Positions 41,803 to 52,844 of a DNA stretch of 64,000 nucleotides are shown here, piece after piece. Numbering within the stretch: position 1 is the first letter of the stretch; every line of letters begins with the position of its first letter. The DNA lies in assembly GCA_031409335.1 (NCBI GenBank), contig JANNWY010000012.1, positions 14,803 through 78,802 of the forward strand, in the 5' to 3' direction. Under the pieces are notes generated by a model. That model saw nothing but the letters and a program-made list of their open reading frames with translations. It did no database searches and had not been told where the DNA came from. The translations under genes were made by a program, and so were the position numbers. Origin of the DNA: Chthoniobacteraceae bacterium. Lineage in GTDB: Bacteria > Verrucomicrobiota > Verrucomicrobiia > Chthoniobacterales > Chthoniobacteraceae.

Positions 41803-42471
41803 TTAGCCAGGCCGGTGAGTTCTCTTTCGCAGTGCAAACGAGGCGGTGCCCAGCAGGGCGGCACCACCCGCAATCGAGGCGAAAATCACCTGCGTCATTT
41901 CGCGTTTGCGCTCCGCAACTTTCTGCCTCGTGCGCAGTTCGGTGAAGCCTTCAACCAGCAGCGTGACGGTGTCAGCGAGCTTTTCCGCAGCGCTGCGTTT
42001 CATTTTGCTTTGCAGCCTCGGATCCTTGAGCAGCACGTTGATCGAGACCGGGGAAAACTCGGTGATGGCTTTCTCACTCGCCGCCATCGTCGCGTGCCCG
42101 GATTCGTCGTCGAAAACGATGAGCGCGCCAACCTCATCCTCCAGCCACGCATCCCGCGTCGCCTTCAGCAATTCCTCGAGCGTCGCTTCAACCCGCGACG
42201 GCATGACTTTGAGCGTCGGCACCGCCAGCACGTAGATGTGGACATCCTGTTCGCGCGCGCATTTTTTCAAAACCTCCGCGATCTCCCGCGCGATCGCCGG
42301 GGGAAATGCCGCGCTCTGGTCGAGGTAATGGTTGTCGGGTTTCGGTGGCGCCGCGATCGCCAGCGCAAGCCGGGCGGGGATCAGAAAAGTCAGCAGCAGC
42401 GCGCTGCTGCGTGAATTATTCCAACGCCGAAGCACCCGCACGATCCAGTTGTTGCGTTCAAAAGTTCCCAT
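41803..42471 (-). CDS. TPM-domain-like membrane-anchored protein
   Basis: YLDQSAAF...IYVLAVPTL; C-terminal TM; start uncertain. Confidence 0.55.
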   Translation of the reverse strand: MGTFERNNWIVRVLRRWNNSRSSALLLTFLIPARLALAIAAPPKPDNHYLDQSAAFPPAIAREIAEVLKKCAREQDVHIYVLAVPTLKVMPSRVEATLEELLKATRDAWLEDEVGALIVFDDESGHATMAASEKAITEFSPVSINVLLKDPRLQSKMKRSAAEKLADTVTLLVEGFTELRTRQKVAERKREMTQVIFASIAGGAALLGTASFALRKRTHRPG

Positions 42472-42579
42472 GTTTTTTGGACCTCGCATGAAAGCACGAG
42501 TTCGCGGCAAGTCATTTCGATTCCGCGTTTCCACGGAATCTGAATGGAAAACGGTCGGGTGTCCTGTTAGCTGGAAATC

Positions 42580-43152
42580 ATGAAATCCGCCGCGCTCTGC
42601 CTTTCGACGACGATCCTTCTTGGCGCGATGGCGGCCAGCGCCGCCCCGCTCATCGGCGAAGCGCTCCCGAGTCCGCGCATCGCGCAGCTGAACGATGCGG
42701 TGGAAAAAGATCCCACCAATCCGCTCGCGCTGCAGGATCGCGGACACGCCTTCGCACTGCTCGGCATGAAGGAAGCCGCCATCGCCGATCTGCAACGCGC
42801 CGCGAGCCTCGCGCCCGGCAATGACAAAGTGCTCAACCGGATCGCGTGGTCCTATTTCAATCTTAAGGAACACCGCCGCGCGCTCGAATCATGGCTCGAA
42901 GCGGCGCGGCTCTCCGGCTACGAGCGCTACTACGATTACTACGCTGTGTCGCTCGGCTACTGGGGCACCGGCGACCGGGTGAAAGCCGTCGCGTTTTACC
43001 ATACCGCGGTCGAGCAGGATGAAACTTTCGGCGAATGGAAGACGCTGGTAACGCGGACGGAATCGTGGACTTGGGCGGAGAAGACCGCGGTGTATGGGCT
43101 CTTCGACGCGTGGCGTTTCGGGTATCGGCTGAAGGAAGAGAAGAAGCCGTAG
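42580..43152 (+). CDS. Secreted TPR protein
   Basis: Signal peptide; RGHAFALLG..EAAIADLQRAASLAP. Confidence 0.75.
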   Translation: MKSAALCLSTTILLGAMAASAAPLIGEALPSPRIAQLNDAVEKDPTNPLALQDRGHAFALLGMKEAAIADLQRAASLAPGNDKVLNRIAWSYFNLKEHRRALESWLEAARLSGYERYYDYYAVSLGYWGTGDRVKAVAFYHTAVEQDETFGEWKTLVTRTESWTWAEKTAVYGLFDAWRFGYRLKEEKKP

Positions 43153-43211
43153 CCGGGAGTTTTTCCTCGCGCCGTCAGACTCACGCCCCTAGTTTCGCGC
43201 TCCTTTTTCCC

Positions 43212-44096
43212 ATGGAAACCGCACCACCCGTGCTCCGCATCGGCCTTCCCACGGGCAGCCTGCAGGAGCCGACCTTCGCCCTTTTTGCCAAAGCCGGATA
43301 CACCATCTCCGGGGCGAGCCGCTCGTACAAGCCGGCGGTGGACGATCCGGAAATCTCGGTGCGGCTGCTGCGGGCGCAGGAGATTTCGCGCTACGTCGAG
43401 CACGGGTTTCTCGATTGCGGGCTGACGGGGAAGGATTGGATCGCGAACAACGGCTCCGACGTGGAGGTGATGGCGGAGATGACTTTCTCGAAAGTGAGCA
43501 ATCAGCCGACGCGCTGGATCATCGCCGTGCCGGAGGATTCGCCGATCAATGACGTGCGGGATTTGCAGGGGAAAATAATCGCGACCGAGGCGGTGGAATT
43601 GACGCGGCGCTTCCTCGCTTCGCATGGCGTGACGGCGGATGTGGAATTTTCGTGGGGCGCGACCGAGGTGAAAGTGCCGGACCTCGTGGATGCGATCGTG
43701 GATGTGACGGAGACGGGTTCCTCGCTGCGGGCGAACAAGCTGCGCATCCTCGCGACGATCATGGAATCGTCGCCGCAATTTATCGCGAACAAGGACTCGC
43801 TAAATGATCCGTGGAAGAAGGCGAAAATCGCGACGGTGACGCTGATGCTGAAGGGTGCGTACGATGCGCGCGGCAAGGTGGGGCTGAAGATGAACCTGCC
43901 GGAGGCGAGGCTCGGGGAATTGCTGACGGCTCTTCCCGCGCTGCGCAATCCCACGATCTCGCGGCTCGCGGTGGCGGACTGGGTGGCGATCGACACGATC
44001 ATCGACGAGAAGACGGTGCGCGAAATCATCCCGCAATTGAAGGCGCTCGGCGCGGAGGGGATCATCGAATATCCGCTGAACAAGCTCGTGCATTGA
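43212..44096 (+). CDS. hisG: ATP phosphoribosyltransferase (long form)
   Basis: LPTGSLQE, RAQEI, SWGATEVK, DVTETGSSLRAN. Confidence 0.95.
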   Translation: METAPPVLRIGLPTGSLQEPTFALFAKAGYTISGASRSYKPAVDDPEISVRLLRAQEISRYVEHGFLDCGLTGKDWIANNGSDVEVMAEMTFSKVSNQPTRWIIAVPEDSPINDVRDLQGKIIATEAVELTRRFLASHGVTADVEFSWGATEVKVPDLVDAIVDVTETGSSLRANKLRILATIMESSPQFIANKDSLNDPWKKAKIATVTLMLKGAYDARGKVGLKMNLPEARLGELLTALPALRNPTISRLAVADWVAIDTIIDEKTVREIIPQLKALGAEGIIEYPLNKLVH

Positions 44097-44103
44097 GCGT
44101 GGC

Positions 44104-45732
44104 GTGACGCGGCTCCGAGCATTCACGATCGTCGCGCTGCTGTGGGCCGCGATCTATCTGCCGGGGCTGGGTTCCACGGAGATCAAGGGCGAGGAAGGCC
44201 GCCGGATTTTGCCCGCGATCACGATGCTGGATGAGGGCGACTGGCTCGTGCCGCGCGTCGGCGGACGGGCGTATTTGCGAAAGCCGCCGCTGGTGAATTG
44301 GGTGATCGCGGCGTCTTTCAAAATGCTGGATCGCCGCGACGAATGGGCGGCACGGCTGCCGTCGGCGGTGTGTGTGCTGGCGTTCTGCGGAGTGATGATC
44401 GCGGTGAGCGGGGCGCGCGCGCGGACGATGTTCACGACGGATGTGGCGTTCGTCGCGGCGGTGTTTGCGATGACGCAATTCGGCCTGCTCGCGAAGGCGC
44501 GATTCGCGGGCGCGGAGATTGAGGGGATCTACGTGCCGCTCGCCGGGATGGCGATGGTGACGTGGCTCGCGTGGTGGGAGCAGCGGCGTTCGGCGTGGCT
44601 GGTGTGGACGGTGCCGTTCGTTTTTCTCGGCATCGCCGGCCTCGCGAAAGGGCCGGTGCATTTGCTGTTTTTCTACGCAATCGTCGTCGCGGTTTTGTGG
44701 CAGGCGAGGGGACTCGCGGAGCTGCGCCGCGTGCCGCATTTCGCCGGGATCGCGGTCATGCTCGGCATCGTGGCGTTGTGGGCCGTGCCGTATTTTCAAG
44801 CGCATCCCGAGGCGGCGAAAGTGTGGAACGACCAGATGGCCGGGCGCGTGACGGAGAATAAATTCGACGCCGCGAGCTACGCGCTAAACATCCCGCGCGG
44901 CCTGTCGGACGTGCTGCCGTGGCTGCTCTTCGCGCCTTTGCTGTGGCTGCGGCGCGGCGCGTGGAGCGGACGCGAAGGTGCGCTGGTGCGCGGCGCGATG
45001 CTCGCGGTGGCCGTGTGTTTTTTCACGCTGCTGCTCGTGCCCGGCGTGCTCACGCGCTATGTGCTGCCGCTCGGCGTCCCGCTCGCCCTGCTGCTCGCGC
45101 TCGCCGTCGCGGAGGAAAAACACGAGCCGCCCCGCGACACGCTGCGCTGGTGGTGGCAGGCAAATTCCGGCGGCGCGCTCGGCCTGCTCGCGCTCGCCAT
45201 CGTCGCGCCGACGGCAGTTGCGATCGGCGAACAGCGGCACGTGCGCGTCGTCGGCGAACGTTTCGGGGGCGCGGCGACATTTCTCGTGTGGCCGATCCTC
45301 GCGTCATCGGCAGTCATCATTATTTGTCTCGTCATTTTTATCGGGAGAAAAAGGCTCGCGCGTCCCACGCGCCTCGCTGGTGCCTCGGCGGCGCTCCTCG
45401 GCGCGGCGGCGATGATTTATGCCGCGGCAGCCGTTCCGTTCATCAAACACGCCGACAATCTCCGCCCGCTCGCCGCCGCGATCGACGGCGCGATCCCGGC
45501 TGGCGAGCGGCTCTACATTTTCGATCCCGAATATCAGCCGGCCATCTTCTACCTCCGCACGCCATACGCGTATGCCAACGCGATCCGCGAACTTCCGGCG
45601 GAAGCGCGATACGTGATGGCGCGCGGTGGAAACCGCAAGAAACTGGAAAGCGAGCGCCCCGAGTACGATCTCCTGCAAAGTTTCGACGGCTCCGGCAAGA
45701 ATCAGGTCTGCTTGTATCGACGCCGACAGTGA
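44104..45732 (+). CDS. ArnT/PMT-family (GT-C) membrane glycosyltransferase
   Basis: EEGRR...GDWLVP...KPPL, AARLPSA, LAKGP. Confidence 0.85.
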   Translation: MTRLRAFTIVALLWAAIYLPGLGSTEIKGEEGRRILPAITMLDEGDWLVPRVGGRAYLRKPPLVNWVIAASFKMLDRRDEWAARLPSAVCVLAFCGVMIAVSGARARTMFTTDVAFVAAVFAMTQFGLLAKARFAGAEIEGIYVPLAGMAMVTWLAWWEQRRSAWLVWTVPFVFLGIAGLAKGPVHLLFFYAIVVAVLWQARGLAELRRVPHFAGIAVMLGIVALWAVPYFQAHPEAAKVWNDQMAGRVTENKFDAASYALNIPRGLSDVLPWLLFAPLLWLRRGAWSGREGALVRGAMLAVAVCFFTLLLVPGVLTRYVLPLGVPLALLLALAVAEEKHEPPRDTLRWWWQANSGGALGLLALAIVAPTAVAIGEQRHVRVVGERFGGAATFLVWPILASSAVIIICLVIFIGRKRLARPTRLAGASAALLGAAAMIYAAAAVPFIKHADNLRPLAAAIDGAIPAGERLYIFDPEYQPAIFYLRTPYAYANAIRELPAEARYVMARGGNRKKLESERPEYDLLQSFDGSGKNQVCLYRRRQ

Positions 45733-45840
45733 ACTTTCTTTTTTCGCGCTCATCCTCGCTTTCCTTTCCTTCGTAGAGCATGAGTGTCAAATGCCCATAA
45801 ACCTCCGAACCACGAATCCCGCCCGAGTGATCGCATTTTC

Positions 45841-46941
45841 ATGATCAGCGAACCAAGCGTCGCCGAAAAAAGACCGCAACCCAGCGTCGCTGAATGGAAG
45901 GAAATCGTGGCCGAGTTTCAAAAACCCTCCGCATGGCGCGCCTCGTGGCAGATCGTCAACACGTTCGGCTCGTTCGTGCTGGTGTGGTGGCTGATGTATT
46001 TGAGTCTCGCGGTTTCATGGTGGCTCACCGTTCCGCTCGCGGTGCTCGCTGGCGGATTGCTGGTGCGCGTGTTCATCATTTTTCACGACTGCGGCCACGG
46101 CTCGTTTTTCAAATCCCGGCTCGCGAATGACATCACGGGCTTCATCGCCGGAGTCTTGAATTTTACGCCGTACTACCACTGGCGCTGGGAACACGCGATC
46201 CATCACGCCAGTTCCGGCGACCTCGACCGGCGCGGCACCGGCGATGTGTGGACGATGACGGTGAAGGAATACCGCGCCTCGTCGCGCTGGTGCCGCTTCG
46301 GCTACCGCGTCGTGCGCAATCCGCTCGTCCTGCTTTTCGTCGCGCCGTTTTACCTGTTCATGATCCGCGAACGTTTCCCGACCGCCGGTGCCAGCCCGCG
46401 CGACCGCCGTTCGGTGTGGTGGATGAATCTCGCCCTCGTCGCGATGATCGTCACGCTGGGTTCGGTGTTTGGTTTCAAGGAATACCTCATCATCCAACTC
46501 ATCGTCTCGATGACGGGCGGCGCGGCGGGCGTGTGGATGTTCTATGTGCAGCACCAGTTTGAGGACACCTACTGGGAACGCCGCGAGGATTGGGATTTCA
46601 CCGCCGCCGCACTCCAGGGCAGCTCCTTTTACAAACTACCCGCGATCCTCCAGTGGTTCTCCGGCAACATTGGCTTCCACCACATCCACCACCTCAGCTC
46701 GCGCATCCCGAATTACAGCCTCGAACGCTGCCACAAATCGCATCCGATGTTTGAAGCCGTGAAACCCATCACCCTGCGCACCAGCCTGAAATCCCTCCGC
46801 TTCCGGCTGTGGGATGAGGAACACCGCAAACTTGTCGGTTTTGAAAGCCGTGGGAAGACCGATCACAAACCCGATTCCGCGAGCAGCGCGGCGACCAGCG
46901 CGAAGCACGATTCCGAAGCGCCCGCCGCTTCACGCCGCTGA
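45841..46941 (+). CDS. Fatty acid desaturase
   Basis: His boxes HDCGH, HAIHH, HHIHH. Confidence 0.92.
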   Translation: MISEPSVAEKRPQPSVAEWKEIVAEFQKPSAWRASWQIVNTFGSFVLVWWLMYLSLAVSWWLTVPLAVLAGGLLVRVFIIFHDCGHGSFFKSRLANDITGFIAGVLNFTPYYHWRWEHAIHHASSGDLDRRGTGDVWTMTVKEYRASSRWCRFGYRVVRNPLVLLFVAPFYLFMIRERFPTAGASPRDRRSVWWMNLALVAMIVTLGSVFGFKEYLIIQLIVSMTGGAAGVWMFYVQHQFEDTYWERREDWDFTAAALQGSSFYKLPAILQWFSGNIGFHHIHHLSSRIPNYSLERCHKSHPMFEAVKPITLRTSLKSLRFRLWDEEHRKLVGFESRGKTDHKPDSASSAATSAKHDSEAPAASRR

Positions 46942-48573
46942 GATCGGGCGGGAGGTTTTGGACTGAGGGACCGGGGTGTCGTGCTTTTCCACTGCGCGAT
47001 CCGACGGGTAGGAGACGCGGGTGTGCATCATGCTTTGCAGCGTGAATTTGAAACTCTCGGAGAGCACTTCCAGTTCGCGCATCGTCAGGTCGCATTCCTT
47101 CAGTTGCCCGTCGATGAGCCGTTTCGCGATGATGTCGGTGACGAGCTGATCGATCTTTTGCGGGGTCACGCGTTCGAGGCTGCGTGATGCACTTTCGATG
47201 CAATCCGCAAGGCTGATGATGGCGCACTCGCGGGTCTGCGGCTTGGGGCCGGGGTAGCGGAAACTTTCTTCGCGCACTTCGGGGATGTCGTCTTCGCGAA
47301 TGTTCATGATCTTGCCGCCGGCACGCTGATCTTCCTGCTGCTGCTGCGCGCGTTTGTAAAAATACGCGATCGTCGATGTGCCGTGGTGCTGCTGGATGAT
47401 GTCGATGATTTGTTGCTTGAGACCGTTTTTGAGCGCGAGGTCCACGCCTTCTTTCACATGCGCGATGATGATGAGCGCGCTCATCGTCGGCGCGAGATCG
47501 TCGTGGGGATTGCGGTCGCGCCGCATGTTTTCGGTGAAATACTCGGGCTTCACGAGCTTGCCGATGTCGTGAAAATACGAGCACACCCGCGCCATCGCCG
47601 CGTTTGCACCGATCGTCTCCGCGGCGGATTCCGCGAGATTTGCGACGACGAGGCTGTGCTGGTACGTGCCGGGCGCTTCGATCATCATGCGCTTGAGCAG
47701 GGGGTGATTGAGGTCGGCGAGTTCCAGCCAGGAAATGTCCGTGGTGACGCGAAACATTGACTCGAAAACGGGCAGCGCGCCGCTGACGACGAACGCCGTG
47801 AGAATCGCGCCGCCGACGGCGACGATTGCCTGCCAGCCGATCAGTTTCCAATTGGTGCCGCCGAGCGAATCCCACGCGATCGGTGCCATCCAGTCGAACA
47901 TGAGCGCGAGCACCAAGGTGGTGAACCCGACAAACAGCCCGGCGCGAATCAATTGGCCGCGCCGCCGGACGCGGAGCGTGACAAAGACCGCGACGAATCC
48001 AGTGATGAGGCTGATGACCAGGAAACGCGCGTCGATCGAGCGGTGGAGCATCGCGCCCCACAGGCTCACGAAAGTCGCGGCGAACAGGCCGCGATTGCGA
48101 CCGAGCAGGACGGACAGGGTGAGCGGCGCCAGCGAGAAGGGAAGCGCCAGCCGCCAGAGCTGATGCATTTCCAGCCCGCTGAATTGACCGGCTGGCACCA
48201 ACTCGCTTTGGAGCACCTGAGTGTCGGCGGTGATGAGAATAATCTTCATCGCGGCGAGGTGCATGAGGCAGACGGTGAAGATCAGGGCGACGCAGGAATT
48301 GCTTGCGAAGGATGGCTGGTGATTGATCCAAAGCTGCGCGAGCGCGGTGAGAAAGATGAGACCGGCGATGAAGCCTTTTTCCAGCGGCTGATCGATGCTG
48401 TCCGAGTAAATCAGCGCGCACAGCCCGAGCATGAAAAGCGCGAAGATTGCGACCTTCGCTGACAGGCCGCTCTCGAGCGTATGCATGAGTTCGCTCTCGG
48501 TGCGCCTGCGGCGCAACTTCGAGGAGGCGAGTCCCTTTTTAACGAGACGCTGACGTTCTAAGAAACCGAGCAT
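46930..48573 (-). CDS. 7TM-HD (HDIG) phosphohydrolase, PgpH-like
   Basis: APGTYQHSL, HDIGK, HHGT, YPGPKP. Confidence 0.9.
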   Translation of the reverse strand: MLGFLERQRLVKKGLASSKLRRRRTESELMHTLESGLSAKVAIFALFMLGLCALIYSDSIDQPLEKGFIAGLIFLTALAQLWINHQPSFASNSCVALIFTVCLMHLAAMKIILITADTQVLQSELVPAGQFSGLEMHQLWRLALPFSLAPLTLSVLLGRNRGLFAATFVSLWGAMLHRSIDARFLVISLITGFVAVFVTLRVRRRGQLIRAGLFVGFTTLVLALMFDWMAPIAWDSLGGTNWKLIGWQAIVAVGGAILTAFVVSGALPVFESMFRVTTDISWLELADLNHPLLKRMMIEAPGTYQHSLVVANLAESAAETIGANAAMARVCSYFHDIGKLVKPEYFTENMRRDRNPHDDLAPTMSALIIIAHVKEGVDLALKNGLKQQIIDIIQQHHGTSTIAYFYKRAQQQQEDQRAGGKIMNIREDDIPEVREESFRYPGPKPQTRECAIISLADCIESASRSLERVTPQKIDQLVTDIIAKRLIDGQLKECDLTMRELEVLSESFKFTLQSMMHTRVSYPSDRAVEKHDTPVPQSKTSRPISAA

Positions 48574-48750
48574 GGGCAGGGCACGGCGGAAGATTCGGGG
48601 CGGCGTCTGGCAAAATCAATCGGAAAACCGGCGCAGAGTTTTACGGGATGGATCAGAGCATTTTGGCCATGAGGCGTTTGATTGACGGTCGTGTTTGGGT
48701 GAAGCACCGTGCGGCTCTATGAAACTCGAACTCAACGCGCTCGCGAAATC

Positions 48751-50280
48751 GTGACTGTGACCAAGAAGTCTGCCGCGGAAGGAATTTGTTATCTCGCCGG
48801 AGCCGGTCCCGGGGACATCGGGCTGGTCACTTTGAAGGTGAAGGAGGTCGTGGATCGCGCGGACGTGATCGTCTATGACTACCTGTGCAATCCCGAAATC
48901 CTCGGGTGGACGAAAGCGGGGGCGGAGATCATTTACGCCGGGAAAAAAGCAGGGCAGCACACGATGAAACAGGGCGATATCGACGCGCTGCTCGTGGCGA
49001 AAACGAAGGCTGGGAAGGTGGTGGTGCGGTTGAAGGGCGGCGATCCGTTTGTGTTCGGTCGCGGCGGCGAGGAGGCCGAGGCGCTGGCGGCCGCGGGGTT
49101 GAGATTTGAGATCATTCCGGGGATCAGTTCGGCGATCGCTGCGCCGGCGTACGCGGGCATCCCGGTGACGCATCGCGATCATACGGCGCAGCTCACCATT
49201 TTCACCGGGCACGAAGACCCGACGAAGATGGAAAGCTCGCTCGATTTCAAACAACTCGCCGCGACGCCGGGGACGAAGATCATGCTGATGGGCGTGGAGC
49301 GGATCGGTGCGATCACCGGGAAGCTGCTCGCGGGCGGTGCGGCGGCGGCGACGCCGGTGGCGCTGGTGCGCTGGGGGACGACCGGGCGGCAGCAGACTTT
49401 GCGCGGGAATCTGGGCGACATCGCGGAAAAAGTTGCCGCCGCTGGCTTCGAGGCGCCAGCGGTCGCGGTGATCGGCGATGTGGTGACGCTGCGCGACAAA
49501 CTGAATTGGTTTGAGACGCGACCGCTGTTTGGGAAACGCATCGTCGTCACGCGCACGCGCAAGCAGGCCGGCGGGCTGAGCGCCGGGCTGCGAAATCTGG
49601 GTGCCGATGTATTTGAGATTCCCACCATCCGCATCGACCCGCCGAGCGATGTGTTGGGATTCGCGGAACTCGTCCGCGACGCGCATACCTATGAGTGGAT
49701 CGTGTTCACTTCGCCAAACGGCGTGACGGCGTTCTTCGATCTGTTTTTCAAAATGTACGACGACGTGCGCTCGATCGGTGGTGCGAAAATCGCCGCGATC
49801 GGACCGGCGACAGCGGCGCGCGTGCGCGAATTCCGGCTTGGTGTGGATTTGCAGCCAAAGGAGTTTGTCGCGGAGGCAGTGGTGGATGCGTTCAAGGACT
49901 ACGGGTCGATCGAGAACGTCACGATCCTGCTGGCGCGGGCGGAGCAGGCGCGCGATGTCCTGCCAAAAGAGCTGACGAAACTCGGCGCGATCGTGGACGA
50001 GGGGATCGCGTATCGGACGGTGCCGGAGACGGAGGATTTGAGCGGCGGTCGTACGCGTTTTGAAAATGAAGGCGCGGATCTGATTACGTTCACGAGTTCC
50101 TCGACGGTGGAGAATTTCCTCGCGCTCAAGCTGCCGCTGCCGGCGGGAATTTCCACGGCATCCATCGGTCCGGTGACTTCCAAGACGATGCGCGATCACG
50201 GCCTGAAGGTGGATGTCGAGGCGAAGCAGTACGACATTCCCGGGCTGATTTTGGCGATTCAGAAATTCTACGGCGCGTAA
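48751..50280 (+). CDS. cobA-hemD: Uroporphyrinogen-III C-methyltransferase / uroporphyrinogen-III synthase fusion
   Basis: GAGPGD, RLKGGDPFVFGRGGEE; then IVVTR, FTSPNGV, FTSSSTV. Confidence 0.93.
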   Translation: MTVTKKSAAEGICYLAGAGPGDIGLVTLKVKEVVDRADVIVYDYLCNPEILGWTKAGAEIIYAGKKAGQHTMKQGDIDALLVAKTKAGKVVVRLKGGDPFVFGRGGEEAEALAAAGLRFEIIPGISSAIAAPAYAGIPVTHRDHTAQLTIFTGHEDPTKMESSLDFKQLAATPGTKIMLMGVERIGAITGKLLAGGAAAATPVALVRWGTTGRQQTLRGNLGDIAEKVAAAGFEAPAVAVIGDVVTLRDKLNWFETRPLFGKRIVVTRTRKQAGGLSAGLRNLGADVFEIPTIRIDPPSDVLGFAELVRDAHTYEWIVFTSPNGVTAFFDLFFKMYDDVRSIGGAKIAAIGPATAARVREFRLGVDLQPKEFVAEAVVDAFKDYGSIENVTILLARAEQARDVLPKELTKLGAIVDEGIAYRTVPETEDLSGGRTRFENEGADLITFTSSSTVENFLALKLPLPAGISTASIGPVTSKTMRDHGLKVDVEAKQYDIPGLILAIQKFYGA

Positions 50281-50342
50281 TCGTCTCCGATTGGGAAAAA
50301 AGTTCCCGCCGTGGCAGGAAATCGGCTGTGTGGGAGCTGCCT

Positions 50343-51167
50343 ATGTCCGATCGTGATAACATTCTCGACGTCGATTTCGACGCGCAGATGCAGGGACTTT
50401 TCCAACAAGCCGAGCGTGCAATCGGAAAGCGTGCCAGCGTGCTTGCGGAGCCAGTCGCTGGCGATGGACTGCCGAAACTCGCGGAACATCCGCTGGTAAC
50501 GCCAGAGGTGGCCGGATTGATCCTAGATCCCGATGGGGAAACGACTGGCGAGGTCAACGCGGCGCTGCGGAGCCTGGGCGCAGTTTCCAAAAGCATCGAC
50601 GAGAGTGTGCAGGCGCTGCCAAAGGCCGTGGCCGAATTGCGGGCGCTGCTGGAGATGAAAAATGGCGTGAGCCACAGCATGTTCAGCGCGCTGCACGAGG
50701 AGTTGAAGGGTTACAAGGATGGGTTCCTCCTTCAGTCCGTCTATCGACCCATCATTCGCGATCTGGTGTCCGTTTACGATGATCTGACGGAGATCCACCG
50801 CCAGATCACCGCGGCGATCGCCGAAGCCAGCGAAGAGGCTGGCGCCGCGCCAGGCACAAAGCGGATTTTGAGCCGGATGCAAACGATGGAGATGAATCTC
50901 GGGCACAACGTGGAATTCATCCTCGAAGTGCTGGCTCGTCTTGAAGTGACCCAGTTTCCGAGCGGTGAGGGAAAGCTGGACAAGTGCCGCCAGCGCGCCG
51001 TCGCCGTCGAACCTTCCACGAATCCGGAGGACGACACGCTCGTCGTCCGAATCGTGAAACGTGGCTTCCTGTGGCACGAGCGGGTGCTGCGCCCCGAGGA
51101 AGTCGTGGTGAAACGCTTTCAGCTCAAAGCGCGGGCGGGATCCGCCACGGCACCGCCGAACCCATGA
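50343..51167 (+). CDS. GrpE-like nucleotide exchange factor (divergent)
   Basis: Coiled coil, IIRDLVSVYDDL, C-terminal VVRIVKRGFLWHERVLRPEEVVV. Confidence 0.8.
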   Translation: MSDRDNILDVDFDAQMQGLFQQAERAIGKRASVLAEPVAGDGLPKLAEHPLVTPEVAGLILDPDGETTGEVNAALRSLGAVSKSIDESVQALPKAVAELRALLEMKNGVSHSMFSALHEELKGYKDGFLLQSVYRPIIRDLVSVYDDLTEIHRQITAAIAEASEEAGAAPGTKRILSRMQTMEMNLGHNVEFILEVLARLEVTQFPSGEGKLDKCRQRAVAVEPSTNPEDDTLVVRIVKRGFLWHERVLRPEEVVVKRFQLKARAGSATAPPNP

Positions 51168-51231
51168 CCTGTATCGCCAACCCTTTCAGTAAAAGAGCCA
51201 GTTTTAGTTTTCAGCAAACCAACCCATAACT

Positions 51232-52815
51232 ATGAGTTACACAGAGATACCCAGCCAGCCGCGGAAGGCCGTAGGAATAGACCTAGGCACGACCTATAGC
51301 GCAATCGCTCACGTCGATGCTTATGGAAAGCCCCAGATCATCCCCAACGCGGAGAGCGAACGCATCACCCCCTCGGTCATCTTGTTTGACGGGCACAACG
51401 CCGTGGTCGGCTCCGTCGCCAAACAAAACGCGGTGGCCGAGCCCGAGAAGATCGTCGATTTCGTCAAACGCGAGATGGGCAAGAGCAAGCCAGAGTTTCA
51501 CCGGGAGTTTGAAGGCAAGAACTACTCCGCGGAAGAACTCTCGGCGCTTATCATCAAGAAGCTGAAGAACGATGCGGAGAAGTATCTCGGGGAACCAGTG
51601 ACGGATGCGGTCATCACGGTTCCAGCCTACTTCAATGACGCGGAACGCACTGCCACCCTTCACGCCGGCCAGCTCGCCGGGCTAAATGTGCTGCGTGTCA
51701 TCAACGAACCAACCGCGGCGGCACTCGCCTATGGCCTCGACAAGCTGGAAAGCAACCAGACGGTTTTCGTCTTCGATCTCGGCGGCGGCACGTTCGACGT
51801 GACGATCATGCGCATCGAAAACAACCACATTCGCATGATGGCCAGCAATGGGGACCACCGGCTTGGTGGCAAGGATTGGGATGATATCATCGTCAATCTC
51901 GTCGCCGAGGCATTCGACAAGCAGCATGGTGAAAACCCATTGCTCGATCTGCAAAGCTATCAAGATCTCTACAACCGCGCGCTGACCGCAAAGGTCCAGC
52001 TTTCCACCCGGCAGCGCACGACGGTGGTGCATTCCTACAATGGCAAGAGTGTGAAGCTCGAGCTGACCCGGGATCAGTTTGAAAGCCACTGCCGGCATCT
52101 GCTGGAGAAGTGCAAAACCATCTGCGAAATCGTGATGCAGGAGGCGAATCTCCAGTGGCATCAGATCGATCGCATCCTGCTCACCGGTGGAATGACGCGT
52201 ATGCCGGCGGTGCGGGCGATGATTACCGGTCTCTCGAATGTCCCCGTGGCGGACGACGTGAGCCCGGATGAAACGGTCGCGATCGGCGCGGCGATGCAGG
52301 GCATCATTTCGATGCTCACCGAGGAAGATCAAGCTGGCGAACGAAACCTCCCGACGGAGGTGCGCGAGCAGTTTTCCGGCGCGGACGGATCGCTCATCCG
52401 CGTCACGAATATCACCACGCACACGCTCGGCGTCGTGCTCTGGGATGATGCGAAAGCGGAGGAATATGCCTTCCCGATGATTCGGAAAATGACGGCGATG
52501 CCGGTGCAGATGAAGAATTCCTTTGGCACCGCGAAAGCGAACATGAAGAACGCCGTGATCCGGGTCGTGGAAGGAGAGAGCACCGTCCCTGGGGAATGCA
52601 CGCCGCTCGGCATCTGCGACATTGAGCTGCCGCCGTTTCTGCCGAAAGGTTCGCCCGTGGAATTGACCTACACGTACAACGAGAATCAGGTTCTCGAAGT
52701 CGTCGTCGAGGCATACGGGCGGCAGAGCAAAGTTTCCATCGCGCGCAATACCGGCCTTTCCGAGGCGGAACTCGAGACGGCGACGGCCGATCTTCTGCAA
52801 ATCAAGGTTGTCTGA
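51232..52815 (+). CDS. Hsp70-family protein (non-canonical DnaK paralog, 527 aa, lid truncated)
   Basis: GIDLGTT, TVPAYFND, NEPTAAA, DLGGGTFD, TGGMTRMP. Confidence 0.92.
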   Translation: MSYTEIPSQPRKAVGIDLGTTYSAIAHVDAYGKPQIIPNAESERITPSVILFDGHNAVVGSVAKQNAVAEPEKIVDFVKREMGKSKPEFHREFEGKNYSAEELSALIIKKLKNDAEKYLGEPVTDAVITVPAYFNDAERTATLHAGQLAGLNVLRVINEPTAAALAYGLDKLESNQTVFVFDLGGGTFDVTIMRIENNHIRMMASNGDHRLGGKDWDDIIVNLVAEAFDKQHGENPLLDLQSYQDLYNRALTAKVQLSTRQRTTVVHSYNGKSVKLELTRDQFESHCRHLLEKCKTICEIVMQEANLQWHQIDRILLTGGMTRMPAVRAMITGLSNVPVADDVSPDETVAIGAAMQGIISMLTEEDQAGERNLPTEVREQFSGADGSLIRVTNITTHTLGVVLWDDAKAEEYAFPMIRKMTAMPVQMKNSFGTAKANMKNAVIRVVEGESTVPGECTPLGICDIELPPFLPKGSPVELTYTYNENQVLEVVVEAYGRQSKVSIARNTGLSEAELETATADLLQIKVV

Positions 52816-52844
52816 TTTGGCGCGCATACGTTTTAACTTGAAGC